Of a stretch of 64,000 nt of DNA, positions 37,602 to 50,720 are shown one piece after another. This DNA is from Octopus sinensis (lineage: Eukaryota), in contig NC_043005.1 of assembly GCF_006345805.1 (NCBI RefSeq), positions 27,900,001-27,964,000 of the forward strand. Direction: 5' to 3'. Within the stretch, counting starts at the first letter, position 1; every line of letters starts with the position of its first letter. The translations under genes and the position numbers were made by a program. The notes beneath the pieces are model-generated. The model searched no databases. It saw only the letters and a list, made by a program, of their open reading frames with translations, and was not told where the DNA came from.

Positions 37602-38194
37602 CGAGCTGGCAGAAACGTTAGCACGCCGGGCGAAATGCTTAGCCGTATTTCGTCTGCCGTTACGTTCTGGGTTCAAATTCCGCCGAGGTCGACTTTGCCT
37701 TTCATCCTTTTGGGGTCGATAAATTAAGTACCAGTTACGTACTGGAGTCGGTGTAATCGACTTAATCCGCTTGTCCCCTCTATGTTTAGCCCTTTGTGGA
37801 TAGTAAAGAAATATAGTTATAGTTATAAAAATATGTACACCTAATACAAATAAGCTATTCTTACAATTAATGAATGGATTTTAGTTTTTTATTTAATATT
37901 GTCACGTAGAGTTGATAGGGATGAAGGCACAATCAGTTGTAAGAAGAAAAGAAAAAACAGTAAGCAAAGATGTTGCTGTCTTTCTGGTGTGGGTGTGTGA
38001 ATTTAGACTAGTGTCCAATCTAAACACACGCCTCTCGTATTTAAGTATACAAACAAATCCTACTAAGACATTCATTCATTCATCATAAACATGTTAATTA
38101 TCTGATACATACATACATATCTCACAAGTTCCTCTTTAAAAACTTTTTACAGACATTAATTTGGAATCTTTTATAATAATCATATTTTAATTAC

Positions 38195-38312
38195 CATAAT
38201 TATCTGCATTGTTATTCGTTCTCAGCATCTTGTTGCAATCAGAAGCGAGTGTTTGGAGTAAATTTACAACTGTTAAAGATTTCTCGTTCGGATGACAACA
38301 AGGAGCAGCCAT
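38195..38312 (-). CDS. RIMOC1: RIMOC1 coding exon 1 (MAAPCCHPNEK...)
   Basis: ataATGG start; TAT G|gtaatt phase 1 joins exon 2 (G+AA = Glu); exon sum 118+95+94+53+132+112+239 = 843 nt = 281 codons. Confidence 0.8.
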
Positions 38313-39048
38313 TATGCTGTCTGTTTGGATCATACGATTATATTTAACTCCAGTATATATATAGATATCACTGCAACTATAACTAATGGGACTTCAATCG
38401 AACCAATATTTTCCTCCGCATAATATACGCTACACTATATAAAATGTATGGCAGGTAAATTTCGTTAAAAAACACAAACAAACAAAACATTCATTATCAA
38501 GAAAGTTACAAGGAAATAAAGTCGGGAATGAAGAGAATATCCGAAACTTCTCCGCAAAAATTACTTTACAAATTTTTCCACAACATAATCGTATTCTACC
38601 CCCATCTAAATTCATTTCTGGAAAATTTCATTAAAAAAAATATGCATTTTTAAGAAAGTTATGAGGAAACAAAGTCGTGGAAGGGGGTCACACTTCTGAT
38701 GATATGCCTATATTATTGGACTGATTCCTATTCATTCGGTCCAATATCCTGAGGTCGTTTCTCAATACAACAAGCACCTGAAGAAGGTCAGAGAAAACAA
38801 CAACTGAATTACTTTGATTAAACAACCAAACTGAAGGCATTGGTCTGAATTAATCTGTGTATAATAATAAATATATAAATATTTACATTTGTTTCATGTA
38901 AAACATATAAGAGAAGGAAACAGAATCATCGGAACCCAAAACTAATGTGTTTATGGAATAGAAGGCTAATGGATTATATGATATGCCGTCATACAAAAGA
39001 AAATATACCGCTAGTTATTTCTCCTTTAACGTGATTAAGTTTTATTTT

Positions 39049-39081
<33 letters not shown>

Positions 39082-39257
39082 GATTGATTGACTGATTGGT
39101 CGATTGGTTGATTGACTGATTGATTGATTGATTGAGGGGATAATTATAATCCTGGCAGTCACTTCATCAGAACATCACATGGGATTCTGGCTAGCTTAGT
39201 ATTCCAATAATCAAAAGAAGATAGGTGAGCCATCAATTAATACGAAGGAGATGCAGA

Positions 39258-39296
<39 letters not shown>

Positions 39297-39298
<2 letters not shown>

Positions 39299-39846
39299 CT
39301 TGATGCAGTACCAGGCACTGGCTCTCATAGATTCTGATCTTAACTGATTGGAGGTGTTATCATGTACATGTTATGGGCTACAGTAAATATTCTACTTAAT
39401 ACCACAGATCTGCATGTCAATTGTTTGACCTTAACCAGTTGAGCATGTCCCTTAGTGACTGACAATATTTGCATCACTGATCACGAGCAGAAGTAGTGGG
39501 GTAACATTATAGCCATGTGTTGAGAGAAATTCTTTGAGGTTTGGATAATTAACCTCTGGAAACATGGCTGTTTCATTCAACATCCTTAAACAACCCTTAT
39601 TCAGGATAAACAACCCTTGTTCAGGATTTTGAGCAGGATGGGCTACTCAATCTGAAGAAAATTCTAATTGAACCCATCTACAAGGTTATGCACTGTTTAT
39701 CTTGATGAGATCACTATGCTGCGCACATATGGTTGTGATGCATGTGCCTGATGTTCCCTTATCAGACAGGTTATCATGATGGGTATACTGGCCTTCACAT
39801 ATTTTACCCCAGTGTCACTTTGATGGCATGCACTGCTCTTTCACTC
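39297..39846. mobile_element. Non-coding interspersed element of about 550 bp flanked by (AAT)n on both sides
   Basis: (AAT)n at 39261-39297 and about 39847-39888; no ORF; family identity inferred, not confirmed. Confidence 0.5.
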
Positions 39847-39889
39847 AATAATAATAATTATAATAATAATAATAATAATAATAATAATT

Positions 39890-42360
39890 GAAGAAGAAGT
39901 ATGGTGTAGATACAAAAGGTCTGAATATTGTAATTGAAGAACTGAAGCAGTGCATACATGCAAAAAAAGCAAAGCTAACTAGGTTTAAACAACGGATTAA
40001 ACAATACCAGCAAAACCAATTGTTTAGAATCGACAAAAAAAAATTTATCAAGAAATTAATGATGATATAGAATGTGAAAGATTAGTTCCTGATGTTGATG
40101 AAAGTCAACAGTTTTGGGGTAAGATATTATGGAGTAAGCAAGAACAGCATAATACTGCAGCTGAATGGCTCTGCAGCCTGAAGTAAACAGCTTCTTATCC
40201 CCCAAAAGAGGCTATCCATTTCACAGAAGAGAGCATCAGATATATGAGTAAAAAGATAGGCAACTGGAAAGCTGCAGACCTGATGGTGTACAGGGATTTT
40301 GGATAAAAAAAGTTCAGTAGGTGCCACAAATTGATTGCAGAGCAATTTAATGCATTGGTCGATGGAGAAGAAATTCTGGGTTGGTTGACAAAAGGGCGAA
40401 CAATGTTGTGTCTGAAGGATACATCAAAGAGAAATGTTGCCTCTCATTAATGTGGAAGTTACTGCCAGAAGGAATTGCAAAAGAACTGTACAGATTTTTT
40501 GATGAGCACGATATATTACTGACGGAACAAAAAAGTTGTAGGAGGAGATGCAGAGGTACCAAAGACCAATTTTTGGTAGACAAAATGGACAAAATGGTAA
40601 TGCAAGATTGAAAACAAAGGAGGACAAATTTGGGAATGGCCTGGATTGATTATCGCAAAGCTTATATGAGCCCACATTCATGGATCATCAAGTGCTTAAA
40701 TTTGTTTGGAACTGCAAGGCATGTAACATATTTTCTGAAGAGAAGTATGGTTGGGTAGAAAACTGAGTTGGGCACCATGAGCATCAGAAGAGGAATTTTC
40801 CAAGGCAACAGTTTATAGCCATTGCTTTTGTTCTTTGCATAATCCTTCTGACCTTAAATTTAGGAAAATGAACTGGGACATCAGCTAAAGGGAAAATCTC
40901 AAACAATCAACCACTGCCTCTTTATAGATGATTTGAAGCTGTATGGCAAGGATGAAGCACAAGTGAGTTCTTTAGTGAACACAATCCACTGTTTTAGTGT
41001 TGATTAGAATGTAATTTGGACTCAAGAAGTGTGGCACAATGTACCTGAAAAGAGGCATGGAACAGTTCCATAGAACTACCTAATGGAGAACTGATTAAAC
41101 AAATTGAAAAGGAAGGCTATGAATACCTTGGAATACAAGAGATCAAGGGAATCATGGAAAAGGAAATGAAAGAACAACTGAGGATGGAATATTTCCGAAG
41201 ATTAGTGTTGTGCTCAAAATTGACCGGGATGAAATAAAATCCAAGCAGTTAATATATGGGCGATAGCATCACTTTGGTATGGAGCTGGAATCATAAACTG
41301 GCTAAAGAAAGAACTGATGAACATGGATACGAAGACAAGAAAATTATTGACAGTGCACGGAGTGGAGCCTTTCATCCTAAGAGTGACACTGATAAGCTGT
41401 ACTTGTCCAGAAGAAAGCGTGGGAGAGGTTTGATCAGTTGCCAGGATTGTATCGAAGCAGACAATAACAGCATAGGGTGACATGTAAAAAATACTGGGGA
41501 ATCATTGTTGAAACATGCGAAGAAGTCCAGCATCATCAAAATTGATAATTGTGTAAAGAAAAACTCGAAGAGGAAAAGAACACAAAAAAAAAACAGCATG
41601 GAAGAAGAAAAAATGTACAGTCAGTTTGCAAAAGGTACAAGCATCAATACAGATACAGAAGACCAGTGGCTATAGATGAGGAAGAGTGAAGTTAGAGACA
41701 GAAATACTTATATGTGCAGCACAAGAACAAGCGACAAGCTTTAAGGACTAACTATGAGAAGTGCAGACTCGACAACACTACAAACAACAACAAATGCAGA
41801 ATGTGTGGTGAGAGGGGTGAAACAGTATGGCACATCATTAGCGAATGCCTGAGTTTGGCACAATGCAATTACAAAAGACAACATGACAATGTGGCAAGAA
41901 TGATCCATTAGGAGATCTGTAGAAATCACAGCCTACAAAGAGCAAAGACGTGGTGTGAGCAAACCCTAGAAGGCGTCACTGAGAATGAAGATTGCAAAAT
42001 CCTGTGGGATGCATGATTCAGTGCGATCACCTGACCAGACATCGGAAAATGGACATTGTTGTGGGGAATAAAAAGAATGAATTTGAATGATAATCGACAT
42101 AGCATGTCCCGCTGACAACAGGATCAGAGAGAAAGAAGAAAAAATAAACAACTATGATGATTTGAAGTGAGGAAATATGAAGGTTGTGGTCAATGAAGAG
42201 AGTAGATGTGGTACCAATTGTAATTGGCACACTTGGAAGTATCAGCACTTAACTACCAACATGGCTGAAAAAGATTGGTACAAATGTAAAGATAGAACTC
42301 CTGCAAGAATCAGCATTGTTTGAAACTGCAAGAATTCTTCACAGAGTTCTTGAAGCCTGA
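39890..42360 (+). mobile_element. R4/Dong-like LINE relic (RT, zinc knuckle, RLE endonuclease)
   Basis: CRRRCRGTKDQFLVDK; IRRGIFQGNSL; FIDDLKLY; CRMCGERGETVWHIISEC...RQHDNVARMIH; C-terminal LQESALFETARILHRVLEA*; many stops and frameshifts. Confidence 0.88.
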
Positions 42361-42463
42361 CCAAGTTTATGTTATTAGCCTTGACAGCACACACATAGAT
42401 CGTAGCAGACGAGAATCGCCTGTGATGGGCGCCGGAATTCCCATATCACTTGTCATTTTAGAC

Positions 42464-42658
42464 CAGTGGTTCTCATTCGCAGCTCCCAGTGCTGCGTGCA
42501 GCCCTCAAGCATCCTTTCGGCTGTCCCCAATGGTTTTTTTCCCTATAAGTAAAAATTTTTCTTTAATTGAATTGTGCATTACCTTTTGGGGGTGCTGCCC
42601 CCAACAAAAACCTTGGTTTAGGATCTTGTCTGGATATTAAAATGGTTGAGAACCATTG
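42464..42658. mobile_element. hAT (Charlie-like) MITE
   Basis: Termini CAGTGGTTCTCA...TGAGAACCATTG; degenerate 8-bp flanks TTTTAGAC / TTTCAGGT. Confidence 0.65.
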
Positions 42659-42847
42659 TTTCAGGTAAGCAGAGACTAATGGCCAGTCAGTCGTTTTTTG
42701 ACGGGTCAAACAGAATACACGACTATTTTTCACCATCATTGCATGATGTTATTTTATTCAAATAAGGACAAGTAGTCTGTGAGCCATGTTTTAACTATAC
42801 AAACACGATGTCTCTCTTTGCTGTCACTGACAGTCATGACTAAGCTG

Positions 42848-42879
<32 letters not shown>

Positions 42880-44689
42880 TGCAAGTTTTTCTCTTTATGG
42901 CTAGCCATAAATTGGTTGTACACATTTCACTCTACAAAACAAATTATTCCGTAGACAAGATCCTTTTCTTTACAAACTGACCCACTGACTTTGACAACAC
43001 GAAAATACATATGTACATTTTTCATAATTTTTTTTCAACAGCATAAATTATCTAATTGATTTCTGTGTTTACATTTCTACAAATTATTTTATATAAATTC
43101 TTTCTTGATTGATATTGTAAATTAAGGGTTATACATTGTTTCTGAATTTTGCTCAATTTTGATTTCTATTCACAACCCATGTTGAACTGGCAGAATTGTT
43201 AGCATGCCGGGCGAAATGCTTAGCAGTATTTCGTCTGTCTTTACGTTCTGAGTTCAAATTCCACCAAGGTCGACTTCGCCTTTCATCCTTTTGGGGTCGA
43301 TAAATTAAGTACCAGTTGTGTACTGAGGTCAATCTAATCGACTTAATCTGTCCTTGTTTGTCCCCTCTATGTTTAGCTCCCTGTGGGCAATAAAGAAATA
43401 ATAATAATTATTATTATTATTATTAATATTATTATTATTTAACCAAGATTTCACCTACAAGATGGTGATCTGATAGATTCGATAACATTTCAGACAAAAT
43501 ACTAAGCAGCATTTCTTCCAGCTCTTTATGTTATGAGTTCAAATCCTGCCGAGATCAACTTTGCTTTTTATTTTTTGGGTCTATAAAATGAAATACTGGT
43601 TAAGTGCTAAGGTCGATGTAATCGATTTTGCCCCTCCCATCAAAACTGCTGGCCATATGCCAAATTTTGAAACCACTTTCCTGTAGCGATGCCTAATGAC
43701 TAGGTCCCAACTACACTTAGGTCTAGTGATATGTCGTGGATATTAACCAGACAACTCACTGGAATATCACCCCATATTAGAGAATGTTCTATTTTGTTCC
43801 AGTAGTTCCCACGCTTTTGTGGTTATATATGCACAACTCATTTCAGAAGCACAAGCAACAAGCCCTTTACATCGACAAGTTTCTCTTGGCTGAAGTTCAG
43901 CACCAAGTTAAAAGGATTCTTCAACAAGGATGATCAAAGCTTCTCACATGAATCTAATGCTTTCTGGTAGTGATGTAATTACAAACTACATTCGTGTCTA
44001 ACACATCACAACAGGCAAACCACAATTAAAATTGTATTTATTGTAATAGACTTTGATAACAATAAATGTTATTTCAATAACATTCTAAGTTGGTTTATTA
44101 TGAGTTATAGCTAAATTTAATGCTCATTCAATGAGCCCAACATTAGCAAGGCCTAAATAGGCTTGCTTTTTGTTATTATTTAGAAAATGAAAGAAAAATA
44201 TTGTCTGTTGTCAGTTATGTCAATGGATAATCTTTAATACCCTACAACTGTAAAAGGTATCCACATTCCCTTAATTATGCACACCAAAAAATACTAAAAT
44301 TTCCTTGAAATCATTCATAGCATTATTGCGGGTGTTCTCTATTAGTTACTCCTTCACTGTTCTCATGATCATTAAGTATTTGATCAATAAGAATAATTAT
44401 AATTAATTCTAGAAAATAATAAAGATAACAATTCGGAATAGCTGTAAATTATTTAGAAAAAATTATCAGGAACCAGTTGATTTGTTTAAATTTTTTTGTC
44501 TTCTCTGATTACATTTTGCAATAATAAGTGAATTGATTGGTTAAACTTCGGTGGACGAGTATATTTCTACTGACATCTATCTATATCTATTAACAGTTGT
44601 TTGGCCGGAAATATTCACATTCTTTGAGATGTTTTATATTTCTTTACACCCTCCCCACTTCTACATATGCCTACTGATGTTAGATTTCA

Positions 44690-45960
44690 ACGAGACTATC
44701 GTCACTTGAGTCTTTTGAAAGTGAAGCCAACAATATCTCCTGAATCAATATCCTCAAAGCTGAGTTCTTTTACAATGGTAACAATTTCATTAATGACATC
44801 GTTTATTGGATTTTTAAAGCTGCTAAATTCATTATCGCATTCAAGCAGAAGATTCTGCCAGACTGCTCCCATACAGCTAACTGGCTGCCACTTCTAATGA
44901 TTTGTGAATATTTTCAATTGTTTGCTTAATATTATTTTTATCCAAAAGCACTTTCTTGGTTATAGTATTACCTGTGAGAAAGCTTTTCAAATACAACTGG
45001 TCATAGCCATTGTTCCATCATTCTGGTCGTGGTACAAATATAACCAACACATTAATACAAAAATCATTGAGTTAGGATGACTGGGAGTATTCTTATCAGG
45101 AATTAAAAGAGCTGCAAAGTTACATAATTTTTCTTGCAATAACTTTCAATTTCTGAGCAAAAATGCAACATGAGGCAATCATCAAAGTAATCCATGTCTT
45201 TTTATTAGATTGCTGAATCACTAAAAGTTATTGCTTATTGCAACATTTTAAAGGCTTTGGATTATTATTCAACAAATAGGCATTGGTTTAGATTTGAAGC
45301 CCTCTCAATGGTTAAGTGATTTTTTTAATGCTTTTTAACCAGGTTATGATGCTTCACTTTTTACAAAAGGTTCTTGATGGCTATTTTAGATGAATGGCTG
45401 GTTTCAGAAATGTTGAAAATTTGATGATCATAGTAATTATTTTCCTTGATTATTTTTTTATTGTGCAGCAAAATATTTAGCTGCAATGCCTTCATCTGCT
45501 CTTTCACTTCTTTTATTCTTAGGTTTTTCATTCATTTTCTAGTTTTGACGTTTTCTAATCATCTTAGAAAGCATAAGATGTCACAAAGGAATTTATATGT
45601 CCTGGTATGGTGCATTAAAAACTTACACAGGCTTTCTACAAATCTTGGAAATTTCTGATTTGTCTCAAACACTCACAGGTGGCACATATATATTGTACAG
45701 CTTTACAATGCTTTGTGTATACTGTTTAGCTATTACTGCTATACCCAAATATTTATCACAAACATACATTTTTTTCAATTTCACAGGTTGGTCATTATCC
45801 AATGCATGTTTACATAGCTTGATCAACGGTGGTTAATAATTCAATCTAACAGCAAATCTTCATGGTTATTATTTGTGAAAAATTGTGGTTAGCTGATTAG
45901 TGAAGTTGAATTTGGCTGCGTGTTGTTCCTCCAAAATAACCAAAACCATAAAAGATTTCT
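44690..45960 (-). pseudogene. Decayed Tigger/pogo transposase
   Basis: Frameshifted remnants: QIFNISET (cf. QIFNxDET), PSRTF, KPM...SNKKTWIT (cf. NxKAWMT), EIESYCKK, and C-terminal AVWQNLLLECDNEFSSF...EIVTIVKELSFEDIDSGDI. Confidence 0.7.
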
Positions 45961-48069
45961 TACTTTTTTTTCTTTCTGACGAGACCATTTATTTACACAT
46001 TACTTGACAATATTTACAGTTGTACTTACTGGGGCCAGTTAGCTATATATGTGTTTTTGACTAAGAATTTAATAGTTACATATTCATAGTATGAGAGGTA
46101 GGGAAATTACACGTTCATGGTAAACAAATGGTTTCTTTTAGCCCAGGTACTAGCATAGCTAGAGAGTGTGCTGCCCAGGGCGGCCCTTCAGTTTTCCACT
46201 CCAGGGTCAACCCCCCACCAAAAAAAACATATTGCCTACAGCAGACCCAAAAGTGGTGCTACGCAGGACCGAACAGCAACCAAGAAACTTGACTTCTCAC
46301 AGATCTCTTACATGTTTGGCTTTATTGTGATATGCAATTACATTCATAACCAAATTTTGGCAGGAACATAATGGAAAATCCACTAGACAACTTGCAATCG
46401 AATGACTGGGCTGAAATATGATTGGTCGACAATTAGGGCGATGCTGTCTGATGTGCTCTGGCCTACATCTTGGTACAGGGCTAACAAGGTTTTGATTCTT
46501 AGTTTCGTTACACATTCTACTACCCAGTCGTTTTTTAGCAGACGTATAAATCAGTTAAAACTACTAACAAGCAAGTCATGGGTTTCTCTATTTTGGCTGA
46601 CATGTTAGCATTCAGAAAGACTATGGTTTAAGGGAAAACCTAAGTGTGGGCCTTTGTTCGAGTTTGTTTTCATCTTTCACTTCAGTTGCTCAGCTTCATT
46701 ATATAATTAGTTGCAATATAACAAATGATTTAGGGTAGTGGATAAAAGAGTCGAAAGGGCGTCGGATAAAATACTTTATGGTATTTAGTTACGTCCCTTC
46801 CCTTTCTGAGTTCAAATCCAATGCAGGTCAACTTAACTTTAGATAATTTATATTTTAAACGTCTAGTGCTCAGTGAATAATGGTGACTAACTGTTACAAA
46901 TGCTGGGTGATGTTTGATGGACAGCTTTGCTTTTTACATGTAGGATAACTCTTAAAGCCACTTGTTTGTAGGATTTGTCAATAGGTGAGGTGTATAGAAG
47001 CATACTAAAGTGTTTGTTTTCGTTACACGCATTGAAAAGTTTCGGAAAAATTCACAGCTTATAAAGTAAAGATACAACTAATTAGCCATCTTGAATGGCT
47101 AGAGGCTGTTGCCTGATCTGTTGATGTGGGTTTCCAAATCAGTATAGATTCATTCAGCTGCAAGGTTGTATATTGAGGGAAAACTACAAATTGTGCAAGT
47201 TAAAGTCAGTGACTATGTAACAACAACCAGAAGAGAGCTGAGATGAATGGTTTTCAATATAAAATGAAAAATAGTACAATGGTTAGTGATAATTAATAAG
47301 TGAGCATGATTCATAGTTACACAGCATAAGTTTAGCTTATGGTCAATACTAGTAGCATACGGTGATCATTGTCACAAAGTATGCATTATGCTACTCTGCT
47401 AAAACTGTCAACGTAAGTGTTAAATTATCACTTAAAAATAACATACTTAATCTGTGTTTTTAGTGCATCTTATTAAATTTAGAGACAGATTATTACTAGA
47501 TTAATAATACTGCAACAGCAGAATTATTATAAAGAATTTTTAGTGAACTGATGCATATATCTTCACAGATATATGGAATATTGCTCAGCCTTCGGTCGTT
47601 AGCCATTATTTTGATTACATTCCCAGTAACTCACCACCCCTTCAGTGTCATATCCTGATACAACAGGTTGTGGGATGTGCACTACTATCTCAGAACAACT
47701 GTCACATTGTTGTATTTCATAAGAACACACACACACACACACACATGCAAAAATTGTTTCTTATTATTAAATTATTGAGTGAGTCTAATATTTATGCATG
47801 AATTTGCCATCGTCGGCAGGTGTACGCAACACACCTAACATATCTCTGGTCAATACAATTATGGACTGAGTGACAACTCCGGGTCATATTGATTATTTTT
47901 CGCTTAGTCACAGGGATCATGGATAATTTTTGTAGGGGAAGGGGTGAAGTGTAGAATATTATTAGTCCTTGTATCTTTGAAGAGACAAAAGGTGAAGTCT
48001 ATTTGAACGAAAATCAAACCAATGAGGTACAGAATTAGATAACATAAAACTTCCGTACAGACTCCATGC

Positions 48070-49020
48070 AGACACTTCTATCAGCTTCAATGGCATGTTT
48101 TTTTTTTTCTGTCCCTCCTTTATTCTGTCTGTCAGCCTATACCATTTTGCTTCACTTCATTCTTCTATCATTCCTTCAGTTCTTCATTTCATCCCAATCC
48201 TGTCTTCCACCCCATCCCACTTTATACAATATATCTCTGTCGTTCCTAACAATCTCCACCTCTCCTTTCTCTTCTGTCAGCTCTTCTTTTAATCTTCTCC
48301 CCCTTCTATCGGTTCCTCCTTTCCATCGCCACTGCACTCTTTATCCTCTCATCTCTCTCCTCATGCAGCTACTTCAACCTCTCATCATCTTTCTCTTTCT
48401 TCATCACACCTAACCTCCTTCTTCACTTCCCTTTTCATTTCTTCTTGTACTCATTCAATTTTACTTTCTTCCAATTATGTCACCTCTCCTTCCCTTGCTT
48501 TCTCTTTCTCTTTTCACCCTCTTTCTCTCTAACACACACACCAGCTCGTTCTATCTTTTCATTCCATTCTTTCATCAAACTCCCTCTCTTAGTTCTTTCG
48601 TCATTTATTTTCTGTCTTTCTCTCATTCATTCATTCACTCTTTCTTTCGTTTCCTTGTCCCCCCCTCTCTCTAGTCTGTCTTACTCTCATTTGTAGTTCC
48701 TCAATCTTCAGTTCCCTTTCTTTATCTCTTTCACGCTCTCTCTCACTCTCTCTGTCTCTCTCTCTCTCTCTCATCTCTTTCTCTTTTAAAATTATTTCAC
48801 TCTCATACCTTTATTTTTATTCTCTCCATTTCTCTTCTTTTTTCCTTCCTCTCCCCCTTTCCTCTTTTACTTCATTCTTCTTTCACTTTCTCTATTTCTC
48901 CGTTACCTTTTTATTTCTTTCACTCTTCATTCGTTTCCTTCATTTTCATTTCTTTGCCTTCCTTCATCTATTTCCATCTCTCTTTTACTTCACTCTCATT
49001 ATCCCCATTAAAACCATTTC
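48070..49020. repeat. Polypyrimidine (CT-rich) low-complexity tract of about 950 bp
   Basis: Plus strand is strongly C/T-rich with very few G; followed by (TCAG)n at about 49037-49062. Confidence 0.85.
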
Positions 49021-49549
49021 CTCCATTATCTGTCTGAGTCAGTCAGTCAGTCAGTCAGTCAGCCAATGTGTGCCTTTGTCTAATGTTACGATATATCGTC
49101 TGCTCCTTCCATATTTTCCACCATGCCTCATTTACCTTCAACTTCAACAAAACATCATCAAAAACAACATGACAGGAAAGCTTCATCAGCTAAACCGTTT
49201 TAAATATTGTTTGATTGATAGTTGTATTAGCAAGTAACCTCAAACGATCTCAATTCTCATTTTCTCTTGCACTGGGATGCAGCAGACATTTTAACATGAA
49301 TTTCTGTTTTAACTATTTTTTCTTATTTTTTGTTATTATTTTAGGCTTAGTTTTATTTTATCATTTTCCTTTCTTTATTTCGTGATTTATGTGTTTGCTG
49401 TTTCTCTGTGTGAAATGTTTTTTGCTTCGTTTTTGTCTTTACATTCGGTTTACTTTCCATGTAAGTAAATTCCATTTAGTTACAACAGTCCATCTCACTT
49501 TCTCACAACACTTCCTCCTTCCTCTCGCTTCAGTATATTTTTGTGGATT

Positions 49550-49564
49550 TGCACACACACACAC

Positions 49565-49658
<94 letters not shown>

Positions 49659-49937
49659 AATTCCAAGGTGAAGAGTGAAGTAGGTGAAATAGTTATTTAC
49701 CCACGATCTGTGTGTGTGTGTGTGTGTCTGTGTGTATTTTCTGCCATGTCCGAAGAAAAATCTATTTACATTCTCCCAGCGTTCCACCAGAATAAATAGT
49801 TCTGCTCCTACAATTACCACATACAGATACAGATGCACATACATACATATATACATTAACACATGCACTAATATATGTATAAATATACTCAGACATACAT
49901 ATATACACATATACACATGCACAAATACATATTACAT

Positions 49938-49968
<31 letters not shown>

Positions 49969-49984
49969 ACACACACAGACATAG

Positions 49985-50021
<37 letters not shown>

Positions 50022-50165
50022 TACATTAAGGCATATTGGCTTACCAACACTCTTAACTGAAAAGCTTGAAAAATTGTGGATCCCCTTGCATGATACCAAT
50101 GGTAGCATTGTTAATCTACAAATAAAGTACATACATACATATGTATATTTATATGCATACATACA
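49550..50165. repeat. Compound (CA)/(TA)/(GA)/(TG) microsatellite block
   Basis: Visible simple repeats; source of the YIYI/THTH ORFs. Confidence 0.9.
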
Positions 50166-50199
50166 TTTTTTCCTTCAAACGAAAACCTTATCACATCAA

Positions 50200-50720
50200 A
50201 CACCACTTGGGACCTCGGAGTAATTGTTGACAAAAACTTAAACTGGAGTGCCTGCATAAACAACAAAGTCAACATGGCCCACAAGGCTCAAGACTTTTCG
50301 GTCAAGAAACACTTTTACCATTATCCTTCTCTTCTCTACCTTTGCCCATCCTCACCTTGAATACTATTGTCTGCTGTGGTTTCCATACCTGAAGCAGAAT
50401 ATTATAAAAATTGAAGAACCCCAGATATCGGTCACAACGAAAATAGACAGCATGGCAGGTCTTGATTATTGGGATCATCTCAAGAAACTCAATCCTTATT
50501 CCTCCAGCATTGCCATGAATGCTATATCATTTGTACGATGTGGAAAATATTCCAACAGCATTGACTAAATGATGTTGGTATCAACTTTAAAGTTCACCCA
50601 AGGCTTGGTCCCTGTGCTAGCCATCCTCTATAAAAGTCATGTTTTTGTCACATCACAACTCTAAGACAGAACTGTTTCACCTCAACTGGCCCTGCTCTCT
50701 TAAACATCATATCATGACAC
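50200..50720 (+). mobile_element. CR1/L2-like LINE C-terminal relic
   Basis: DLGVIVDKNLNW...HPHLEYYCLLWFPYLKQNIIKIE...YWDHLKKL, matching the CR1 pattern DLGV...RPHLEY...WSP. Confidence 0.65.

Noticed and set aside
43830-43970. Plus-strand exon-like stretch after TTTCAG
   Set aside because: Two frames look equally plausible, neither resembles a known protein, and there is no convincing donor
46385-46550. Minus-strand LLKNDWVVECV... resembling a BRCT WxxxC motif
   Set aside because: In-frame TGA just upstream, no acceptor AG in between, and no other BRCT features
47640-47712. Possible pre-miRNA hairpin
   Set aside because: Only the 8-bp outer stem ATACAACA/TGTTGTAT pairs well; the interior is too irregular
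49389-50223. Long ORFs of 130-169 aa
   Set aside because: Products of (TA)/(CA)/(GA) microsatellites lacking stops; same for 52828-53157, 55208-55933 and 57325-57546
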